From: Acutalibacteraceae bacterium | GTDB lineage: Bacteria; Bacillota; Clostridia; Oscillospirales; Acutalibacteraceae | Reading direction: 5' to 3' | DNA: 64,000 nt | Assembly (NCBI GenBank): GCA_051881075.1 | Contig: JBJEPE010000033.1 | Span: 746-64,745 of the forward strand | Part shown: in pieces, positions 30,301 to 38,268 of the stretch | Numbering within the stretch: position 1 is the first letter of the stretch | How the letters are laid out: each line of letters starts with the position of its first letter | Position numbers and translations under genes: made by a program | The notes under the pieces: model-generated | Seen by the model: only the letters and a program-made list of their open reading frames with translations | The model's database searches: none | Told to the model about the DNA's origin: nothing

Positions 30301-31575
30301 ACACAGATAACCATAACTGCTACACCTGATGTAGAAAACGGATATCACTTCAAGGGCTGGTATAGCAACGGCAAACTTGTTTCTACATCTGAGACACTTA
30401 GCTTTAAGCTTACTAAGGATGTATCATATACTGCGATATTCTCCAATACATATACTGTTACCTACAGTGCCAGCGGCAATGGCTCAATAACTGCAGCAGT
30501 GGACGGCGAAGAAGTAAATAGCCCAAGCGAGGTAGCTGATAATACAGCAGTTACATTCACAGCTATTGCAAATAGCACATTCAGTGGTTGGTATGTAAAC
30601 GGTGCAGAGGTTGCGGATGGTACCATATATACTATAGATGAGGACGAAAACGGTAACTCAACTCTTACCTTCAACGTTACAGGCGATGTGAACGTAGTAG
30701 CAAAATTCTCAAACAGTACTACTGTTTACTTCTCAACTTCATGGACAGATGTTAAGATTTACGCTTGGAATGCTGCAAGCGGCGACACTATATCAACATG
30801 GGATAAATCACCCGCTATGACATTGGTAAAGCAAAACAGCTTTGGTCAAAACATCTATTCTTATGATTTACCGTTAGATTTTGACATGATAATCTTCCGT
30901 GATGCGTCTTCACAGTCAGCTAATATTCCACGTTCTGAAGAACATAACGGATATTATATAGACAGCCAATCTCCTTTCTACGGATATTTCGATTATGTAG
31001 GAAGCTCTGACAATCCTAATGCTACATATACAGTAAGCTTTACTGTAGACGGCGTAGGTGAGGTTAGTGCTACTGCAAACGAAGAAGCCTTTGAAAGCGG
31101 CTCTAAATTTATAAATGGCACATCTATAACCTTAACAGCAATAGCAGATGAAGTACCGTTTGCAGGCTGGTATGTAAACGGTGCTCGCGTAAGCGAAGAT
31201 GAAGAATTCACCTTTGATTTAACGGAAAATGTGTCAATAAAAGCAATATTCAAAGATACCACAACGTCAAAAACTACGGTTTACTTCTCTACCTATTGGA
31301 CAAGTGCTAGGATTTATGCTTGGACTGATGGAACCGACAACAAATTGACAGAATGGGCAGACTCACCCTACATGGAATATGTAGAGACGAATGATTTTGG
31401 TCAAAAAATATTCTCTTATGACCTACCGTTAGAATATGACATGATAATTTTCCGTGACGGTAATTCGTCTGCACAGTCAACTAATATACCACGTTCTGAT
31501 GAGTATAACGGATATTACATGACAGACACAGATCCTTATTATGGCACCTATCTTCGTGAAGAAACCGCAGCATAA
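27382..31575 (+). CDS. Secreted multidomain GH13 alpha-amylase with internal dockerin and two CBM26-like modules (amylosome-type enzyme)
   Basis: The signal peptide is MKRQTKRLVSLFTVAAMMISLLASSVGTVSA. GH13 regions I-IV are present: DVVTNH, GFRYDALKH, YGEVI, WVESHD. The track ORF's 30-aa upstream extension (from 27292) is rejected. Downstream modules are listed separately. Confidence 0.9.
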   Translation: MKRQTKRLVSLFTVAAMMISLLASSVGTVSAKTTGNYAVKQTEESTYDFGLPENSKGGIILHAWNWYFNDVTERMEEIARAGYKTVQISPVQLSKEDGEYLDTTNNWWKLYQPLNFEVGNFLGTKKEFQALCEEAHKYGINIIIDVVTNHMAGGDSGINGNCSDEIDLMVRVDGEDVNIINVADAWHDKDKVNSDEAREDMVQGSIGMPDLNTSSELVQELVQGLLKECVDLGADGFRYDALKHIETDTEIENNLRSTFWQNTAGYIADYASETYGKELYQYGEVIAPVYPSVSDSALNKSNNKIILDGYLKYLDGLTDVASAYWLREDIMLGKINQLYANGDGCGTYCGIKWQGFTNVSDLVMWVESHDTYAEDTAQSGDGYLSTKPLSENDIKLGWAMTNSRKEVTTLFFARPIAFSSAQSSYFGADGVTELYLDDDITAINHFHNYFASYANENVTGALDGTVYSVERKNTDTNVSGIVITNIGTSSTKASVTLASGTKFANGTYTDIISGNSFTVSSGKVTGTLPAKSFAILYSNNTDPVPAMPEVTISQEGGQFTGTLELSLGLNNAVSGTYKIGDGAAQEITEDQVITIGEDVEAGEFVAVTLTATGETDTIEKTYIFTKLADLVEEEKVVYFIYTGKKSDLPSKVTFSFDNIIKHIGEDSIQDVDGTIVEINGATEISATENLVDYGFDLGINYVQQKYGSDEYFRIFKAAIPSGYEYGRVHFTIGTKRIPAENMVLKEGSTVKYNVVDFNLYNKPMVCFDFRKGYETESYPYDEDMPYTEDYNLVIKNSYAANINGMGGYITNDYTYDELDTSVFGTKVDYNTNRKQFLLGSVIRSTAKENSNIFDGWYDVSGDEPKLITTSKSIILPVYQDMEIEARYTIDINNDGKLNLLDAYIILMGGLTDEQVAAADFNKDGQATVADVSILLSYLTGKISSVNSSSYSFSATAGENGTISGTANGTYDKNTQITITATPDVENGYHFKGWYSNGKLVSTSETLSFKLTKDVSYTAIFSNTYTVTYSASGNGSITAAVDGEEVNSPSEVADNTAVTFTAIANSTFSGWYVNGAEVADGTIYTIDEDENGNSTLTFNVTGDVNVVAKFSNSTTVYFSTSWTDVKIYAWNAASGDTISTWDKSPAMTLVKQNSFGQNIYSYDLPLDFDMIIFRDASSQSANIPRSEEHNGYYIDSQSPFYGYFDYVGSSDNPNATYTVSFTVDGVGEVSATANEEAFESGSKFINGTSITLTAIADEVPFAGWYVNGARVSEDEEFTFDLTENVSIKAIFKDTTTSKTTVYFSTYWTSARIYAWTDGTDNKLTEWADSPYMEYVETNDFGQKIFSYDLPLEYDMIIFRDGNSSAQSTNIPRSDEYNGYYMTDTDPYYGTYLREETAA
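30049..30201 (+). other. Type I dockerin module inside the amylase
   Basis: There are two Ca-binding repeats, DINNDGKLNLLDAYIIL and DFNKDGQATVADVSILLSYL. Confidence 0.8.
30718..31551 (+). repeat. Internal duplication in the amylase: two [B-repeat-like + CBM26-like] units
   Basis: CBM26-like copies lie at 30718-30990 (TTVYFSTSWTDVKIYAWN...YSYDLPLDFDMIIFRD...NGYYI) and 31273-31551 (TTVYFSTYWTSARIYAWT...FSYDLPLEYDMIIFRD...NGYYM). They are separated by a GWY-containing InlB-B-repeat-like unit. Further such units lie at about 30229-30710. Confidence 0.7.
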
Positions 31576-31615
31576 TTTCACAAAGCAATAAACTGATAAT
31601 ATTTTATATTATCAT

Positions 31616-31646
31616 AAAGCCCATTCAAGTCCATTGAGTGGGCTTT
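31616..31646 (+). terminator. Terminator hairpin after the amylase gene
   Basis: AAAGCCCATTCAA-gtcca-TTGAGTGGGCTTT, with one mismatch. Confidence 0.65.
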
Positions 31647-31670
31647 ATTCTATATAGAACTATCGAAAAG

Positions 31671-31711
31671 AAATACCGACCTTGCGTTTTAATACAAGGT
31701 CGGTATTTTTT
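31671..31711. terminator. Bidirectional terminator between convergent genes
   Basis: AAATACCGACCTTG...CAAGGTCGGTATTTTTT, with an A-rich left flank. Confidence 0.7.
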
Positions 31712-31735
31712 AAATTCACTTATAAATTCAAGATA

Positions 31736-33820
31736 TCAGTCATAGTAATAGTCATCGTAACTATTGTAATCATCAGTATATTTGTGACTCATAAAATTTA
31801 TTTCACCGTATTGAGCTTCATACTCTTCAATAGCGCAATGTGCAAGATAACATTCCAGATTAAATGCTCTTACGGTCATATCCTCATAATCCTGTTTAAA
31901 ATTGTAAATACCGTTATTTATGACTCTTTTATCCTCTGTGGGTATCTTGTCATCCTGCAAGAGCGGTAAAACTTGTTCAATATAAGCGGGTGACAGATCA
32001 TAGACTATCATTCTCGTATCTAACTCTTTAAGAGTGCCGTCCTTATATCTGTTTACATTATACTTAGCTATCATGCCATCAACATTAGAGAAGCACAAAG
32101 CAAATAACATAACGACAAATACGGTAAATACGCTCCTTATAAGGTTCATTCTATTAATTGCCTGTTTGGCTATAATAAGAATAAAGCTAAGTGTTATTAG
32201 TATCATAAACCAGATAACAAATATTCTTAGATATGTAAGTCCGTAGTTCTCAATGTACATATTCATCTTGCTTATAACCGTAGCAACTAACGTTAAGGTC
32301 AAAAGTGAAAGTATAACTATAACACACTTAGTATTTTTTGGACGTTCACCGTTGTCTTTCAGCTTAACAAAATAAGATATTAAAAAGATCAAGATCAAAT
32401 TAAATACTACAACTGCCGAAAGCTCAAAGAAGCCTCTGCGTGCATACTGTGCATAGCTGAAGTTTTCAGGTAAAAACTTATTGAATGCAGATAGAAAATA
32501 CGGAAGTTGTGAGAAGAAGAACAGCAGATATACAAGTATAAGCGGTATGCTGAATGCCATAATAGCGCTTGACGGTATTACATGATGATTGCCTGAGCTT
32601 GTGCTTACAGCTTCATCGGTTTCGTCCTTTTTAGCTACATATCCGTATAACATACCGAATAAATACATCGCTATTGGTATGCCGAATACTAAAATTAAAA
32701 CATTCTTAAGTATTTTCTCAAAGATTCCACTGAAAATATAATCGATAATCTTTGCAAACATTGCATCTGCATTATACAGCATTGCAATGATAATTATACA
32801 TACAGGCAATGCTACTAAAAGTCCTAATAAGAAATACTTATAGTCTGCTAGTCTGCGTTTGGATTTTTCTTTATCATCGCTTTTACCGCCTAATGCCTTA
32901 AATGTAGCAGGGGAGTAGACATACGAATTATAAAAAGCACCTATAAAAAATCTGCCTACGAGATTATCGCCCCATACTCGATTGCGTGGGTGATTTATAT
33001 TTATACATACAAAGATATAGTAGATAAATAAAAATATAATATTATATGACGCCAAGTACGGGTTATCAAACAGAGAGAACTGTATGCTGAATATAGGTAT
33101 CAGGCATAGGCCTGCAATACTTGAACCGGACAGCTTAATATCCTTAGCATTGGCATACAGAAATGTATATGCAGAAAGTATAATAAAGTGAATTGTAGCT
33201 CCTATACCTAATCCGTCACTTGTAACAAGCATTTTTAAGAAGAGGTATCCCATTACAAAAGCAAGTAAGGCAAATATCGTATCAGCCTTAGTGAATTTAT
33301 ATTCACGCTTTGGCTTCTTAGTAACGGTATAAGAATAAGGATAGTATGTAGGAACATACTGCATTGGTTGCATAGGTGGAACAGGTGGCTGCTGTTGCAT
33401 TATCGGAGCTGCCTGCATAGGCGGAACAGGTGGCTGCTGTTGCATTAACGGAGCAGCTTGCATAGGTGGAACAGGTGGCTGTTGTTGCATTACCGGAGCT
33501 GCCTGCATAGGTGGAACAGGTGGCTGTTGTTGCATTACCGGAGCAGCTTGCATAGGTGGAACAGGTGGCTGTTGTTGCATTGCCGGAGCAGCCTGCATAG
33601 GTGGAACAGGTGGCTGTTGTTGCATTACCGGAGCGACAGGCTGCACGGGCTTTACCGGGGGCTGTGCCGGCATAGAAGGCGCAGGCGGTACAGCAGGCAT
33701 TGTAGGATGTGCCGCTATAGGAGCAGGCTGAGATGTCGGCATAACAGGTTGTTGCATTGCCGGATTAACGCTTTGCGTATTAGGTTCAATAGGCTGTTGA
33801 TTGATAACATTATTATCCAT
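31736..33820 (-). CDS. Large polytopic membrane protein with N-terminal Pro/Gln tandem-repeat region (possibly DUF4153/DUF4173 type)
   Basis: 694 aa. The first 160 aa or so are Pro/Gln/Met-rich with six MQQQPPVPPMQAAPx units, followed by more than 12 predicted TM helices. Confidence 0.7.
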   Translation of the reverse strand: MDNNVINQQPIEPNTQSVNPAMQQPVMPTSQPAPIAAHPTMPAVPPAPSMPAQPPVKPVQPVAPVMQQQPPVPPMQAAPAMQQQPPVPPMQAAPVMQQQPPVPPMQAAPVMQQQPPVPPMQAAPLMQQQPPVPPMQAAPIMQQQPPVPPMQPMQYVPTYYPYSYTVTKKPKREYKFTKADTIFALLAFVMGYLFLKMLVTSDGLGIGATIHFIILSAYTFLYANAKDIKLSGSSIAGLCLIPIFSIQFSLFDNPYLASYNIIFLFIYYIFVCININHPRNRVWGDNLVGRFFIGAFYNSYVYSPATFKALGGKSDDKEKSKRRLADYKYFLLGLLVALPVCIIIIAMLYNADAMFAKIIDYIFSGIFEKILKNVLILVFGIPIAMYLFGMLYGYVAKKDETDEAVSTSSGNHHVIPSSAIMAFSIPLILVYLLFFFSQLPYFLSAFNKFLPENFSYAQYARRGFFELSAVVVFNLILIFLISYFVKLKDNGERPKNTKCVIVILSLLTLTLVATVISKMNMYIENYGLTYLRIFVIWFMILITLSFILIIAKQAINRMNLIRSVFTVFVVMLFALCFSNVDGMIAKYNVNRYKDGTLKELDTRMIVYDLSPAYIEQVLPLLQDDKIPTEDKRVINNGIYNFKQDYEDMTVRAFNLECYLAHCAIEEYEAQYGEINFMSHKYTDDYNSYDDYYYD
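33365..33640 (-). repeat. 45-bp tandem repeat, about 6 copies, in-frame and coding
   Basis: The near-identical unit GGTGGAACAGGTGGCTG(Y)TGTTGCATTANCGGAGCNGCYTGCATA is repeated head to tail and encodes MQQQPPVPPMQAAPx on the minus strand. Confidence 0.9.
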
Positions 33821-33884
33821 AGTAACATCCTTTCTATATTATTAAATTTAAAATCAAATTAATTAAAAAAAACAATCCTTTGTA

Positions 33885-34100
33885 TCATTCCTCCTCGTCA
33901 TCTATGTACTCAAGAATATCGCTCGGTTGGCAATTAAGTGCCGCACAAATTTTATTTAGTGTGGAAAATCTTATCGCCTTTGCTTTATTTGTCTTTAAAA
34001 TTGACAAATTAGACGGAGTGATATTTATTCTTTCAGCAAGCTCATTAGATGATATTCTTCTTTTTGCCATGATAACATCAAGGTTTACAACTATAGCCAA
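33885..34100 (-). CDS. Small XRE/Cro-type HTH regulator (YozG-like, 71 aa)
   Basis: VIMAKRRISSNELAERINITPSNLSILKTNKAKAIRFSTLNKICAALNCQPSDILEY. It lies immediately upstream of, and in the same orientation as, the membrane protein. Confidence 0.8.
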   Translation of the reverse strand: MAIVVNLDVIMAKRRISSNELAERINITPSNLSILKTNKAKAIRFSTLNKICAALNCQPSDILEYIDDEEE

Positions 34101-34360
34101 AGGTAATAACCTCCTTGTATGAAAATAGCTGTCCGCTTAAAATAAAGCGAAATTCAACCTTATGTGTATTATATACCCATAAAATATAAAAGTCAATAAA
34201 AAATTGCTGTTTATCAATAAAATTATAAACTTACTCGATAAATGCGGTTTAATATTACCTAATAAAATAGTTATATATACTCACGCAAAAAACATAAGCT
34301 AAATATAATGTTATAAAGGATACAAGAAATATATAAGACAAATTAAGGAGGAGATTAGCC

Positions 34361-34591
34361 ATGAGTAAAAAGTTAATAATGGTCACGTCTATAACTTACG
34401 CAATGAAATCAAAACAAATACTTGCTAACAGCGGCATATATTCAGACATTGAGCGTACACCAAAAAATAAAAGCACAGATGCGTGCGGATACAGCCTTTT
34501 TGTACCCAAACGATCAGATGAAGCTATGCAAATATTAAAGGCACACGGCATAAAGGTACTGGGCACAATAGATAAAGAAAGCGGTAATTAA
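34361..34591 (+). CDS. DUF3343-like small protein (putative S/Se carrier-like)
   Basis: 76 aa with a single central Cys (DACGYSL), upstream of a class V aminotransferase as is usual for this family. Confidence 0.5.
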   Translation: MSKKLIMVTSITYAMKSKQILANSGIYSDIERTPKNKSTDACGYSLFVPKRSDEAMQILKAHGIKVLGTIDKESGN

Positions 34592-34670
34592 AGACTATAA
34601 TTCACATTTATTTTAACGGTAAATTAAATTTAATTAAAAGAATGTTTTATAAAGGGAGGAGGTGAAAAGA

Positions 34671-35819
34671 ATGATATATTTTGATAATGCGGCTACAACA
34701 TATCCAAAGCCGCAGGAGGTTTCCAACTCAGTACTGAGAGCAATAAAGCTGTACGGTGCTAATCCGGGCAGAAGCGGTCATACAATGTCCATGAAAGCCG
34801 CAGAGGAAATATATAAATGCAGAAGTGCAGTAAAGAAGATGTTTAATGCCACATCAGAGGAAAGCGTAATTTTTACACTCAACTGTACACAGGCAATAAA
34901 TATAGTTTTAAAAGGATATCTGAACAGCGGCGATCACGTTGTTATATCATCGCTGGAACACAACGCCGTAGCCAGACCTATAAATGAGCTAAAAAAACAA
35001 AATATAACTTATACACAGGCACAGGTATTCCCGCTTGATAATGATGCAACGGTAAATTCTTTTCGTAATGCAATAAACGGTTCAACTAAGCTTATAGTAT
35101 GCACACACGCATCAAATGTGTGGGGAGTAAGATTGCCTATAGAGAGGCTTACGTCACTTGCACACGAATACGGTATAAAGATACTGGTAGATGCCGCACA
35201 GACTGCGGGAATTTTACCGATAGATTTACAAAACACAAAGATAGATTTTTTATGTATGGCAGGGCATAAGGGACTGTACGGTGTAATGGGTACAGGCATA
35301 CTGATAACTGACCATGCACAGGAGCTGAGAACTATTATAGAGGGCGGAACAGGGTCAGGCTCACATTCTTTAGAACAGCCGGAGCTTCCGCCTGAACGCC
35401 TTGAAAGCGGAACTCCAAACGTTTCCGGCATAATCGGGCTTCATGCAGGTATACGTTTTGTTTCTACAGTTAATATGGAAAAAATCGCCTCACATGAGAT
35501 GATGCTCATGAGGCGTTTATATGATAGATTAAGCGGTATAAGCCATGTTCAGTTATACACTGCTTACCCGGATATTAAATATTCGGTACCTGTCTTGTCA
35601 TTTAACGTTAAGGGCAAAGACAGCGAAACCGTTGCCGAATACCTGAATAAAAACGGACAAATTGCCACCAGAGCGGGACTGCACTGTGCACCGTTAGCAC
35701 ACACCGCTTTTGGGACTATGGAACAGGGAGCAGTCAGAATAAGTCCGTCGTATTTTAATAATATAAGAGAAGTTGACAGATTAGCGAATTTAATTCAAAA
35801 AATGCGCATAAATTTATAA
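34671..35819 (+). CDS. Class V aminotransferase / cysteine desulfurase family
   Basis: MIYFDNAATTYPKP start, PLP lysine context AGHKGLYG, and C-terminal RAGLHCAP. ATG at 34671 follows GGGAGGAGG. Confidence 0.8.
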   Translation: MIYFDNAATTYPKPQEVSNSVLRAIKLYGANPGRSGHTMSMKAAEEIYKCRSAVKKMFNATSEESVIFTLNCTQAINIVLKGYLNSGDHVVISSLEHNAVARPINELKKQNITYTQAQVFPLDNDATVNSFRNAINGSTKLIVCTHASNVWGVRLPIERLTSLAHEYGIKILVDAAQTAGILPIDLQNTKIDFLCMAGHKGLYGVMGTGILITDHAQELRTIIEGGTGSGSHSLEQPELPPERLESGTPNVSGIIGLHAGIRFVSTVNMEKIASHEMMLMRRLYDRLSGISHVQLYTAYPDIKYSVPVLSFNVKGKDSETVAEYLNKNGQIATRAGLHCAPLAHTAFGTMEQGAVRISPSYFNNIREVDRLANLIQKMRINL

Positions 35820-35981
35820 AAAACACTTGCAATTATACAGATTTATGTTAAAATTATATACAGAGAATTGTGTGTTTTTTAAGATTTTATGTTATATATT
35901 GCATAGATATGTTTAAAGGCATGGTGTAAAAGCTGTTTTATTTATATTAATTAATTTAGTTTGCTTCCATGCGTTAAGGGG

Positions 35982-36896
35982 ATGAATAAATTGTTTGAAG
36001 ACATAATAAATTCTTTTTCGAATTTTACGTCTATACTCAGAACATTTCAGATAAAAGATTTAATAGATATAGCATTTGTCGCATTTGTTATTTACAGCGC
36101 GGTAAATCTTATCAGAGAAACCAGAGCAGGGCAGCTTATTAAGGGTATATTTATACTGCTTTTGTTCTATTTCTTTGCGTTTATATTTGATCTTTCTATG
36201 ATTTTATCATTGCTTAAAACATTGTTTGAGTTTGGTGTTCTTGCAATTATCGTCCTGTTTCAGCCGGAAATCAGAAAGGCACTTGAACAAATAGGCAAAA
36301 GTAAATTTATGCGCAGATTTTTTAAACCGTCCTCAAAGAATATTACCTCAGAGGATATCAAGAAGGTACAGGATATGATAATGGCTGTAGTAGATACAGC
36401 AACTATATTCCATCATACAAAGACAGGCGCTCTTATAGTATTTGAAAGAGAAACAAACCTTGATACTATAGTAGAAAAGCACGGTGAGGGTACCGTCATT
36501 GATGTTATGCACCCGTCTGCTGCCATTTTCAGCAACTTATTTTATAATAAAGCGCCGCTCCATGACGGTGCCGTTATCATAAGAAACGCAAGAATATATA
36601 AAGCAGGTTGTATATTACCGCTTTCAGAAGCGCAAAATATCGATATCAGCCTCGGCACAAGACACAGAGCAGGACTTGGAATAAGCGAACATTCAGACGC
36701 TATAGCCGTAATAGTTTCTGAAGAAACAGGCGCAATATCTACCGCTATGGGTGGTAAGCTAAAGCGTGATCATACCGCTAAAACGTTACGTGAATTACTT
36801 GAAAAGGAGCTTTTACCTAAGCAAGACGATTCCGATACGATATCGGAAAAGAGCCTTTTTTCGTTTATAAAGAGGGGTGATAGAAATGAAAAATAG
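35982..36896 (+). CDS. cdaA: Diadenylate cyclase CdaA
   Basis: Three N-terminal TM helices, then DAC motifs DGAVII and TRHRAGLGISE. The start could be 35982 (ATG) or 35991 (TTG). Confidence 0.9.
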   Translation: MNKLFEDIINSFSNFTSILRTFQIKDLIDIAFVAFVIYSAVNLIRETRAGQLIKGIFILLLFYFFAFIFDLSMILSLLKTLFEFGVLAIIVLFQPEIRKALEQIGKSKFMRRFFKPSSKNITSEDIKKVQDMIMAVVDTATIFHHTKTGALIVFERETNLDTIVEKHGEGTVIDVMHPSAAIFSNLFYNKAPLHDGAVIIRNARIYKAGCILPLSEAQNIDISLGTRHRAGLGISEHSDAIAVIVSEETGAISTAMGGKLKRDHTAKTLRELLEKELLPKQDDSDTISEKSLFSFIKRGDRNEK

Positions 36897-38202
36897 ACAA
36901 TTTTCCATTACCAAACTATTTTACAACAATAAATTTGTTCTGTTTTTCTCAATCATTGCTTCATTCATAATTTGGCTTTCTTTCGCCTCGGGCTCTACTG
37001 AATCTCTTACCAAGACCATAGACGGCATACGTGTAGATATATCGCTTTCGGATGAAGCAAAAAGTGAAGGGCTCATCGTATTCAGCGGTGACGATATAAC
37101 GGCCGAAGTTACCGTAACAGGTAACAGGGTAACAATTGGTTCGCTTTCTAAAAGTGATATACAAATAGTAGCAGAAAATGCAGGATCAATAACCAGACCG
37201 GGCAACTATACGCTCAATCTTCGTGCAAAAAAAACAGGCTTAAAGAATGACTACGAGATAGCGTCATCCGTTTATCCATCCAGCGTTACTGTTTATGTAG
37301 ACAGATTCAGAGAGCTTGAATTTAATATAGAGGACGGCATGGAATATAAGGTAAACGATAAATACTTTGCTAGTGCCATGACATTCTCTACCGGTAAAGT
37401 AGTCGTATCAGGACCTGAAACAGATATTTCTAAGGTAAAGCGAGTTGCGGTCATAGGTACTATCGAAGAAGAACTGAGCAAAACATGGACGGGTAAAAAG
37501 CAGATAGTACTGTATGATGCCTACGGTTCAAGAATAAATAACAGCCTTATAACCACAGATGTAACTACGGTAGATGTTTCTATACCCTTGTTGACCAAAA
37601 AGACTTTGCCTATTGATATAGAGTATATTAATAAGCCTGACGGAGTAGATATAAGCGAGTTTGTTACTATATCTCCGCCAAACCTTGAGATAGCCGCAAC
37701 GGATGAGGCCTTTAAGGAGATAGGCGACAAGCTGATGCTTAAATCTGTAGACTTTTCACAGCTTTTAACTAAAGAAAATAAGTTTACATTCACACCCGAA
37801 TTGCCTGTGGGATGTAAAAATATAGATAGCTCAGAAAGCATTACGGTAACTATAGACCTATCTAAGATGTCACAAAGAACCTATACGGTAACTAAATTTG
37901 AATTTACCGGGTTGGATGACAATCATCAGGCAACCACTACAAATTCGTTGCTTTCTGTAAATCTTATAGGTCTGCCGTCAGAGCTGAATAAAATAAGGAA
38001 CAGCGATCTTACGGCTATTATTGATTTAAGCAGTAAATCTGACAGCTTTGTAGGTACTACAGAAGTGCCGATTTCTTCATTTAGGATAAACAACGGTGAG
38101 TGTAACTGCTGGGCTCTAGGAAGCTACAATGTTTATATTAAGGTGTCAGAGAAAACATTGCCTGTAAATGCAAATTCAACGACATCATCAAATTTATCAT
38201 AA
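36886..38202 (+). CDS. cdaR: CdaR / YbbR-domain regulator of CdaA
   Basis: An N-terminal TM helix and repeated YbbR-like beta domains. The gene overlaps the cdaA 3' end, and ATG at 36886 follows GAGGGGTG. Confidence 0.8.
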   Translation: MKNRQFSITKLFYNNKFVLFFSIIASFIIWLSFASGSTESLTKTIDGIRVDISLSDEAKSEGLIVFSGDDITAEVTVTGNRVTIGSLSKSDIQIVAENAGSITRPGNYTLNLRAKKTGLKNDYEIASSVYPSSVTVYVDRFRELEFNIEDGMEYKVNDKYFASAMTFSTGKVVVSGPETDISKVKRVAVIGTIEEELSKTWTGKKQIVLYDAYGSRINNSLITTDVTTVDVSIPLLTKKTLPIDIEYINKPDGVDISEFVTISPPNLEIAATDEAFKEIGDKLMLKSVDFSQLLTKENKFTFTPELPVGCKNIDSSESITVTIDLSKMSQRTYTVTKFEFTGLDDNHQATTTNSLLSVNLIGLPSELNKIRNSDLTAIIDLSSKSDSFVGTTEVPISSFRINNGECNCWALGSYNVYIKVSEKTLPVNANSTTSSNLS

Positions 38203-38268
38203 TTAATCAACGAGCTTCGCTCAATGCGAGGCTCGTTTTGTATAAATGAAAAGGCAAGGAATGAGATA

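Noticed and set aside
33365-33640. Possible CRISPR-like array because of regular direct repeats
   Set aside because: The repeats are contiguous with no spacers, have a 45-bp in-frame period, and lie inside a long ORF. This is a coding tandem repeat, not a CRISPR array. No cas genes are present in the window.
33458-33862. 134-aa plus-strand ORF with the striking repeat HRWNRWLLLHYRS
   Set aside because: It is the antisense reading of the 45-bp tandem repeat inside the 694-aa minus-strand membrane protein gene. It has no SD and its composition is driven by the repeat.
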